64,000 nt of DNA from Candidatus Binataceae bacterium (lineage in GTDB: Bacteria; Desulfobacterota; Binatia; Binatales; Binataceae): NCBI GenBank assembly GCA_035524095.1, contig DATKPK010000134.1, positions 24,515 to 88,514 of the forward strand, read 5' to 3'. How positions within the stretch are numbered: position 1 is the first letter of the stretch; every line of letters starts with the position of its first letter. The position numbers were made by a program, and so were the translations under genes. The notes beneath the pieces were generated by a model. The model saw nothing but the letters and a program-made list of their open reading frames with translations, was not told where the DNA came from and did no database searches. Shown here piece after piece: positions 57,798 to 64,000 of the stretch.

Positions 57798-57932
57798 GGC
57801 TGGCTCGTTGCCACATTGATTAGCACAGCGCGTGCTTAATGCTTCATTGATAACCGCCGCATGAATGAATTGAACTAGCGTAAGTTGCCAGGGCTCAGAG
57901 CCGCCGGACGGGATTTGCCGGCAGTTGGCCGC

Positions 57933-58991
57933 TCACTTCGCAGACCCCATCAGGTCCAACAGCATCCCCGCGATCGCCGCTTCGCGTTCCTTCAGTAATC
58001 CGGCCTTGAAGCTCGCATCCAGCAGCGTTGCCTTTCGATGAGCCACCGCTAGCCGCTCGGCCCCGAAGCGCCGCGCTCCGTCCAGCGCCCGCATCATCAA
58101 CCCGCTCGACGGTGGTAGGCCGAGCACCCGCCCGATCGCTGCCGCACCTTGGCGTTTTTCTAACAAGACCGCCGCAGTCAGCATCCGCCGGATTAAAGGG
58201 ATAAGTTCCACCGCCAGCAATTCAATTGGGTCGCGCCCGGTCTGGATCGCTCGATCGAACAGCGCCAGCGTCTCGTTGAGATTCCCGCGCGGTACGCTCT
58301 CCGCCAATTCGAACAGGTCCGGTACTCGCGACGCGCCACCGCCGCCCAAATCCGCCTCGTCGATCTTCCCACCGCCATCTGCCGCAATCGCTGCCAGACT
58401 CAACGCATTGGCGATCGCAGCCAGGTCACCACCATGGCGAACGGCAAGCAGGTCAGCCGTATCCCGAGCCAGCTTAAGCCCCAGCGCCCTCGCAAAGACC
58501 TCGGCATATTGGCCGATCTGATTGTCGAACGGCCGCATGCAGTTGATCACGACGCCCGCGCCTTCAGCCGTCCGCCGGATCTTCGCCGGCGCATTGTCTC
58601 GCTCATACACCAGTCCGAATCTCACGCTCGGTCCAATTTTGCCGATAGCATCGATCAACGCGGCTTCACCGCTGCCCCCGGCGGCCACTGCTTCCCCGCT
58701 GCTATCGTCATCGCCCCCGCGCTCCCGATAGCTCTTGAGCACCCGGCAGGCGACAAAGCGCCGCGGTGCAAACAGGTCCGCCGCTTCGAGCTCGCGGATT
58801 ACGGCGCCAAAGCCTTCCGATCCACCAGCCTGAAACGACCGATACTGGAAGCTTGCCGCCGCCATCCGCTTGCGCAAATTATCGAGGACATATTCCCGCA
58901 GGAACGGTTGCGGACCCGCAACCACATAGACCGGCGCGTCCATCGGCGCGCCGCCAGCACGAAGAAAGCCTAGCGCATTCTCAACCGCCAT
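57933..58991 (-). CDS. holA: DNA polymerase III delta subunit
   Basis: 352 aa. N-terminal PVYVVAGPQPFL. Conserved lptE-holA gene order. Confidence 0.75.
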   Translation of the reverse strand: MAVENALGFLRAGGAPMDAPVYVVAGPQPFLREYVLDNLRKRMAAASFQYRSFQAGGSEGFGAVIRELEAADLFAPRRFVACRVLKSYRERGGDDDSSGEAVAAGGSGEAALIDAIGKIGPSVRFGLVYERDNAPAKIRRTAEGAGVVINCMRPFDNQIGQYAEVFARALGLKLARDTADLLAVRHGGDLAAIANALSLAAIAADGGGKIDEADLGGGGASRVPDLFELAESVPRGNLNETLALFDRAIQTGRDPIELLAVELIPLIRRMLTAAVLLEKRQGAAAIGRVLGLPPSSGLMMRALDGARRFGAERLAVAHRKATLLDASFKAGLLKEREAAIAGMLLDLMGSAK

Positions 58992-59042
58992 CTGATTTCG
59001 ACGCGGCCGCCCGGGTACGCGCGCCAGATACCTGACGCGGCC

Positions 59043-59648
59043 TTAGAAGCCCTCAGACATCGAAGCGTAGAGGTTCTGCGCCAACTGCTGCATCACAAGA
59101 TCTTGCGACGACGCTTCCTGCGTCTGCTGGACCTGGATATTCGTCATCTGCGCGATATCTTGCGAGCGCAGGTTCTGCTGAAGAAAATATGGCGAAGTCG
59201 TGACCAGTGATTGCGAGACCGCCGCGTACTGCTGCGACCCGCTGATTCCGCTGCTCGCCCACACCACCTTATGGGTATGATTGTCGATCAGTTGAGCGTC
59301 CGCCGTTATCGTATTCGCATAGAGCGTCGGTTCGCTCGCCGTATTGAACGCAACCGGCTCTGACTCGGCATAGTTGATTCGCCCACTCAGCGTTAAATCA
59401 GCCTGCGACGCACTATCTACTATTTCCAGCCGCTTGCGATCGTCGATTTCGTCCTTGATATAACGCATGAATTGATCGTTTAGTCCGGTCACGCGCGTAC
59501 GGTTCGAGAACCTCTCGACGTAGATCGTCTTGGCTTGCGGCGGCAGCCCACTGCCCTCGGCCTCGAAATGATAGCCGCAACCCGCCACAGCGATCGTTGC
59601 CAGCAACAACCCGATCCCGCCCCCGAGCGCAAATCCGGCTCCGCTCAA
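59043..59648 (-). CDS. lptE: LPS assembly lipoprotein LptE
   Basis: Lipobox VAGC. 201 aa. Located immediately upstream of holA, as in many proteobacteria. Confidence 0.7.
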   Translation of the reverse strand: MSGAGFALGGGIGLLLATIAVAGCGYHFEAEGSGLPPQAKTIYVERFSNRTRVTGLNDQFMRYIKDEIDDRKRLEIVDSASQADLTLSGRINYAESEPVAFNTASEPTLYANTITADAQLIDNHTHKVVWASSGISGSQQYAAVSQSLVTTSPYFLQQNLRSQDIAQMTNIQVQQTQEASSQDLVMQQLAQNLYASMSEGF

Positions 59649-59649
59649 T

Positions 59650-60102
59650 CTATGCCTGATGAACCTTCGCAGGATTGCTCTCCTCCCCCTTCGCCTTCAG
59701 ATTGAGCCGCCCGGCTAGTTGATCGAGCACGCCATTAACGAACCGGCCTGAATCCTGATCGCCGTACGTCTTGGCCAGCTCTATCGCCTCATCAATCGTA
59801 ACCCGCGCAGGTACGTCCTCCACCCGCATCAACTCATAGAGCGCCATTCGCAGAATATTATGATCTACCCGCGAGAGCCGGCCAATCGACCAATGCTCCA
59901 GCGCCGCCGCTACCTGCCGATCAAGTGCGATCTGTTCGCCCCGCACCCCCTCAACCAGCCGTGTGGCAAACCTGCGAACCTCATCAGATGCGGTGAACGT
60001 CTCGAACAACAGGACCAAATCCTCATTCGACGCATCCGCGCGAATATCCATTTGATAAAGAGCCTTGAGCGCCAGCTCACGGCCCAGATGCCTCGTTCCC
60101 AT
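59650..60102 (-). CDS. nusB: Transcription antitermination factor NusB
   Basis: RELALKALYQMD N-terminus. 150 aa. Confidence 0.9.
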   Translation of the reverse strand: MGTRHLGRELALKALYQMDIRADASNEDLVLLFETFTASDEVRRFATRLVEGVRGEQIALDRQVAAALEHWSIGRLSRVDHNILRMALYELMRVEDVPARVTIDEAIELAKTYGDQDSGRFVNGVLDQLAGRLNLKAKGEESNPAKVHQA

Positions 60103-60164
60103 GTCAGCGCCTGCGTTGGTCCAGCCTCGCCTATGGCCGCTTGGCAGCGCCCTGCTGGACCGTT

Positions 60165-61376
60165 CTAGGTAACCACCTTCAGTTGCGTAAGCAGATGGCC
60201 CAATTTTTCCTGCTTCGTGCGCAGGTAATCGATATTCCCAGGATGAGGCGGAACTTCGAGCGGCTCCCGCACGACCTTGACGCCATAGCGCATCAGGCTC
60301 TCGATCTTGTGCGGATTGTTGGTCAGCAACCTGACCTCGCCCACCCCAAGATCGCGCAGGATTTGCGCGCCGATTCCGTAATCGCGCAAATCATCCTTGA
60401 ACCCGAGTTGCAGGTTGGCCTCGACCGTATCGAGTCCCTGATCCTGCAACGCGTACGCCTTGATCTTGTTGCCTAACCCGATCCCGCGCCCCTCTTGATG
60501 CAAATAAATTATCAGTCCTGCATCCGCGTCTAAAATCCGCTGCAGCGACTCTTCGAGCTGTTCACCGCAATCACACCGCTGCGAACCGAATACGTCACCC
60601 GTCAGACATTCCGAATGGAGCCGCACCAGCGCCGGCCGGCCATTGCCAATCTGGCCCTTGATCAGCGCCAGATGCTCTCGCCCATCCACGATATTGCGGA
60701 ACACCAGCGCCTGCAGCTCGCCACCTGCGAGCGTGAACTGACTTTCCGCCACTCGCTGCACCAGAATCTCATTGGTCAGCCGGTACGACACGAGGTCGCG
60801 GATATGGCACATCGGCAGCTCGTTCGCCTCAGCGAACTCCCGCAACTCGGGCAACTGCGCCGACTCGCCATCATCGCGCAAGATCGCGCACATCGCCGCC
60901 GACGCCCGCATCCCGGCGCTCCGCACCAGATCGACCGCGCCTTCCGCCCGGCCCATGCGCAGCATCACGCCGCCACTCAAGGCCATTAACGGTAATACAT
61001 GGCCCGGCATCACGATATCTTCTGGACCCGATTTCGCCGACGCCAGCACCTGGATCGTGCATGCCCGATCGTTCGCCGAGATTCCCGTCGTCACACCGAC
61101 GCGCGCCTCAACCAGGGCGCCCGCCTGCTCCAGCATATTGTCACCCTGGCTCGATTGCACCAGCGGAATTCCCAGCTCGCGAATCCGCTTTTCCGGCAGT
61201 GCAACCGACACCACTCCGCGCGCATTGGTCACCATGAAGTTCACGTCCGCAGGCGTGACTTTTTCGGCGGCCATCACCAGGTCGCCTTCACATTCGTCAC
61301 CCTCGCCTGCGACCATCACGGCCATCCGCGCGGACCGAATCTGACTAAAGACCTCTTCCAATGACGTTGCTGGCAC
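60165..61376 (-). CDS. ribBA: Bifunctional 3,4-dihydroxy-2-butanone-4-phosphate synthase / GTP cyclohydrolase II
   Basis: DHBP synthase N-half (REGEGDLV-like) and the GCHII C-half with CxCGE zinc motif (CDCGEQL). 403 aa. Confidence 0.9.
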   Translation of the reverse strand: MPATSLEEVFSQIRSARMAVMVAGEGDECEGDLVMAAEKVTPADVNFMVTNARGVVSVALPEKRIRELGIPLVQSSQGDNMLEQAGALVEARVGVTTGISANDRACTIQVLASAKSGPEDIVMPGHVLPLMALSGGVMLRMGRAEGAVDLVRSAGMRASAAMCAILRDDGESAQLPELREFAEANELPMCHIRDLVSYRLTNEILVQRVAESQFTLAGGELQALVFRNIVDGREHLALIKGQIGNGRPALVRLHSECLTGDVFGSQRCDCGEQLEESLQRILDADAGLIIYLHQEGRGIGLGNKIKAYALQDQGLDTVEANLQLGFKDDLRDYGIGAQILRDLGVGEVRLLTNNPHKIESLMRYGVKVVREPLEVPPHPGNIDYLRTKQEKLGHLLTQLKVVT

Positions 61377-61431
61377 GACTCGACCTCTAGAGGGCGCATA
61401 CTACCACCGCGACTGTCGATTCAAAAGCGCG

Positions 61432-62610
61432 CTACTCCGCATGCGGCCCTTTACTTTTGTTCGACTTGCGGGGCACTACGTCGGCTTCGATTAGCCAGTC
61501 CACCCCGCTCGCCCGCGCCGTCATATTATCCAGCCGAATCGAATCCTTGACCGCCGCCTCGCTCAACCCTTCTATCGCTGACAGTCCCGATCCGAGTATC
61601 CGCGGCGCGAGAAACATCGCTATTCGATCAACGATCCCCGCACCGATCGCCGCACCCGCCAGATGCGCCCCGCCCTCGATCAGCACCCGGCACCATCCCC
61701 GTTGCCCGAATTCTTTCATCAACGCGCCGAGATCGATCTTGCCGCACTCGCCCGCCACTCCGATTACTTCTGCATTCACTCCCCGGTAACGCTTCTGCGC
61801 CCGCGCCAGATTCGCCGCCGTCGTCACCAAAATCGTCGGCGCCGACGACTCCTGCGTAAATACCGTCGCGCCCGGCGGCGTCTTCAGCCGTCCGTCGACA
61901 ATCACTCGCACCGGGTCGCGCCCACCAGCGATACGACATGTGAAGCGTGGATTATCCGTAATCACCGTTGCCGCACCGGCCATCACCGCGTCCGCCTCGC
62001 GCCGCCACCGATGGACCAGCTCACGCGATTCCTCCGAACTGATCCATTGTGAGTCGCCACTCGCCGCCGCGATCCGCCCATCAAGCGTCGCCGCCAGTTT
62101 GAGAATCCCCATCGGCCGCCCGCGCGTGACCCGCGTGAAAAAGCCCCGATTCATCCGTTGGCATTCTGCCTCGAGCACGCCAATCGTGACGTCCATCCCA
62201 GCTCGTTTGAGCATCGCGATTCCGCGCCCGCGCACCGCCGGATAAGGATCACTGCAACCCACCACCACGCGCGCGACACCCGCCTCGATCAATGCCCGCG
62301 CACATGGCGGCGTCCGTCCGCGATGGGCGCATGGCTCGAGCGATACATACGCCGTCGCTCCGCGCGCCAATTCACCGGCCTCGGCCAGCGCCTGCGTCTC
62401 GCCATGCGGCCTGCCGCCGGCTGCAGTCACTCCACGCCCGACAACCTGACCATCGCGCACGATCACACACCCGACCGCCGGATTCGGTGTGGTCAGCCCT
62501 AGCATCCCTTCCGCCAGCGCCAAGGCTTCGCGCATGAAGCCTTCGTCGCGCGTCCCGCTAGCCTCATTAACGCTCGTCACCCGCTCCGCCTTCGCCGCGC
62601 GCCTACTCAT
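61432..62610 (-). CDS. ribD: Bifunctional riboflavin biosynthesis deaminase/reductase RibD
   Basis: CMP/dCMP deaminase zinc motif (HGETQA...EPCAHRGRTPPC) plus a C-terminal RibD reductase domain. 392 aa. Confidence 0.9.
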   Translation of the reverse strand: MSRRAAKAERVTSVNEASGTRDEGFMREALALAEGMLGLTTPNPAVGCVIVRDGQVVGRGVTAAGGRPHGETQALAEAGELARGATAYVSLEPCAHRGRTPPCARALIEAGVARVVVGCSDPYPAVRGRGIAMLKRAGMDVTIGVLEAECQRMNRGFFTRVTRGRPMGILKLAATLDGRIAAASGDSQWISSEESRELVHRWRREADAVMAGAATVITDNPRFTCRIAGGRDPVRVIVDGRLKTPPGATVFTQESSAPTILVTTAANLARAQKRYRGVNAEVIGVAGECGKIDLGALMKEFGQRGWCRVLIEGGAHLAGAAIGAGIVDRIAMFLAPRILGSGLSAIEGLSEAAVKDSIRLDNMTARASGVDWLIEADVVPRKSNKSKGPHAE

Positions 62611-62728
62611 TCGACTAGTAATTTTAGTAGTGATGAAACGGTTGCCGCAGAACTGGTTAAAGATGCGATAGGATCAGGCTGACCCGATCCCGCATCGGAG
62701 CCGATTGCACGCTTACGGTAACTTTTAC

Positions 62729-63235
62729 TCAGCGGAGCGGCTCGTCCTTCTTGGCGCGCGGACGGACCGTATCGTCCTGCTGCCGCAGCCGGATCAGATC
62801 TTCCAGCTCGCGCATGAATTCGTCGATATCCTTGATGGATCGATAGACCGACGCGAAGCGCTCGTACGCCACCTGGTCAATTCGATGCAGTTCGTTCATG
62901 ACCGCGCTGCCCACAAATGAGCTTGCTACTTCCTTGCCGCCTGCCTCGGCCAGCGCGGCCTCGATTCGATCGGCAATCTGCTCTATCGTCTCCATCGAGA
63001 CCGGCCGCTTCTCGCATGCCCGCTTGATTCCGGCGATAACCTTGCCGCGATCATACGGCTCACGCCGGCTGTCCTTCTTGACCACCATCGGCGTCGCTTC
63101 TTCTACCCGCTCATAGGTGGTGAAGCGTCGCTCGCACGACGCACACATCCGCCGCCGGCGAATCGTCCCGCCGTCGCCCGAAATCCGCGAGTCGACCACG
63201 CGGTCTTCACGATTGCGGCAATAAGGGCAGCGCAT
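62729..63235 (-). CDS. nrdR: Transcriptional repressor NrdR
   Basis: N-terminal zinc ribbon [17 protein letters not shown]...[12 protein letters not shown], then an ATP-cone. 168 aa. Confidence 0.9.
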   Translation of the reverse strand: MRCPYCRNREDRVVDSRISGDGGTIRRRRMCASCERRFTTYERVEEATPMVVKKDSRREPYDRGKVIAGIKRACEKRPVSMETIEQIADRIEAALAEAGGKEVASSFVGSAVMNELHRIDQVAYERFASVYRSIKDIDEFMRELEDLIRLRQQDDTVRPRAKKDEPLR

Positions 63236-63352
63236 TTCTTCCGATCAATCCGATCAGAACGGCCCGCCACTGTCGTCAGGGCAGGCCGAAGCGTACAGCT
63301 CACCGTCGATGCTGCGCGTCAACGATGGCGCAGCCTATAGCTCTCAGGAGGA

Positions 63353-63592
63353 TTAGCTCTTGTGTACTTCGATATAGCTGACGACATCCTTGACGGTGCG
63401 AATCTTCTCGGCATCCTCGTCCGAGATCTCCATCCCGTATTCTTCTTCCAGCGCCATCACCAACTCGACGATATCCAGCGAATCCGCTCCCAGGTCCTCG
63501 ATAAACGAGGCTTCCGGCGTCACTTCATCCGCCGACACTCCGAGCTGCTCGCTGATTATCTCGCGGACTTTTGCTTCGACGTCACCAGCCAT
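63353..63592 (-). CDS. acpP: Acyl carrier protein
   Basis: Start taken at the internal ATG (63590-63592), giving a 79-aa ACP with the phosphopantetheine site LGADSLD. The ORF track extends further upstream. Confidence 0.9.
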   Translation of the reverse strand: MAGDVEAKVREIISEQLGVSADEVTPEASFIEDLGADSLDIVELVMALEEEYGMEISDEDAEKIRTVKDVVSYIEVHKS

Positions 63593-63788
63593 CTTGTTTC
63601 TCTTTCCCGTTCCTCTTTTGGGCCAACGCGGCGCCGCCGCATTCTCCTGCCGCGTTTCCAGTTGCGCTTTAGCGATGCCCGGATTCTCTATCCGGCAGCT
63701 TAGGGACTTGAGGCTATGTAGGCAAGTTACCCGCTGCCGCTCTGGCGCCAAAAGTTAGCGCCGCATTACCAGTCTTTCCCACTCTATT

Positions 63789-64000
63789 TCAGGCTTTGGC
63801 AGTGAGCGCTTTGACCGTCGCCTCGATCGCCGCCGGCGTATCCGCCTGATGAACCTTCACGCCGCGATTGATTCGCCGCATCAGGCCCATCAGCACCCGT
63901 CCCGCACCGAATTCAATCGCCTCTTCGCCTCCCATCCGCACCAGCGTGCCCATCGACTCTTCCCAGCGCACCGGCGCGACGATCTGCTCCAGCAGTAAAG
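63789..64000 (-). CDS. fabD: Malonyl CoA-ACP transacylase FabD (C-terminal fragment; gene continues beyond window end)
   Basis: Reverse translation from the window end gives ...QIVAPVRWEESMGTLVRMGGEEAIEFGAGRVLMGLMRRI..., the conserved FabD C-terminus (PVRW, E.GPGkVL.gL). Confidence 0.7.
   Translation of the reverse strand, partial: LLLEQIVAPVRWEESMGTLVRMGGEEAIEFGAGRVLMGLMRRINRGVKVHQADTPAAIEATVKALTAKA

Noticed and set aside
62611-62728. FMN riboswitch expected upstream of ribD
   Set aside because: No aptamer core sequences are present. Only short palindromes that may be an nrdR terminator-like hairpin.
1-64000. tRNA, rRNA, CRISPR arrays, IS elements or integrases
   Set aside because: No T-loop GTTCGAATC-type signatures, no regularly spaced direct repeats and no transposase- or integrase-like ORFs were seen. 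The lower-GC segments lack recognisable mobility genes or flanking direct repeats.

Overview
This is a high-GC bacterial chromosomal window (mid-60s % GC by eye), densely coding and mostly minus-strand. I saw no rRNA, tRNA, CRISPR array, transposase or integrase. The presence of LptE indicates a diderm host; lineage is not assignable from sequence alone.

Conserved housekeeping blocks:
- pyrR (5-prime partial at the window start), a coiled-coil protein, lepB and lepA.
- mtnP-like MTAP, rlmN and glyA.
- rpsT, ppk2, and holA-lptE-nusB-ribBA-ribD-nrdR-acpP-fabD (fabD partial at the window end).

Accessory blocks interleaved with them:
1. A nucleotide-sugar / polyprenyl-phosphate glycosylation set split in two places. 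Ugd, an SDR epimerase/decarboxylase, an ArnC/RgtE-like GT2 and a PfkB kinase lie at 4.2-8.4 kb. UppP plus two ArnT/PMT_2-like GT-C enzymes flanking a CDGSH protein lie at 19.8-24.5 kb.
2. A minimal Flp/Tad pilus locus (flp, tadZ, extra lipoprotein, tadA, tadB, tadC). It has no secretin, RcpC, prepilin peptidase or minor pilins.
3. A class III-type PHA synthase locus.
4. An ECF sigma / zinc-finger anti-sigma / LTXXQ periplasmic module.
5. XdhC and MocA genes next to a sigma-54 activator.
6. Several visibly lower-GC segments (roughly 45-55 % GC):
   - an orphan ORF at 14.9-15.4 kb between cytochrome c and glyA;
   - a two-gene pair at 30.2-32.5 kb (metallophosphoesterase with an N-terminal extension, plus a 304-aa protein with no recognisable motifs);
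   - a BNR-repeat secreted protein and a 0.9-kb noncoding stretch at 43.7-46.9 kb, immediately upstream of flp.

The two-gene pair at 30.2-32.5 kb is the most likely place for an undescribed system. That rests on compositional anomaly and context only, so it is a hypothesis to test.
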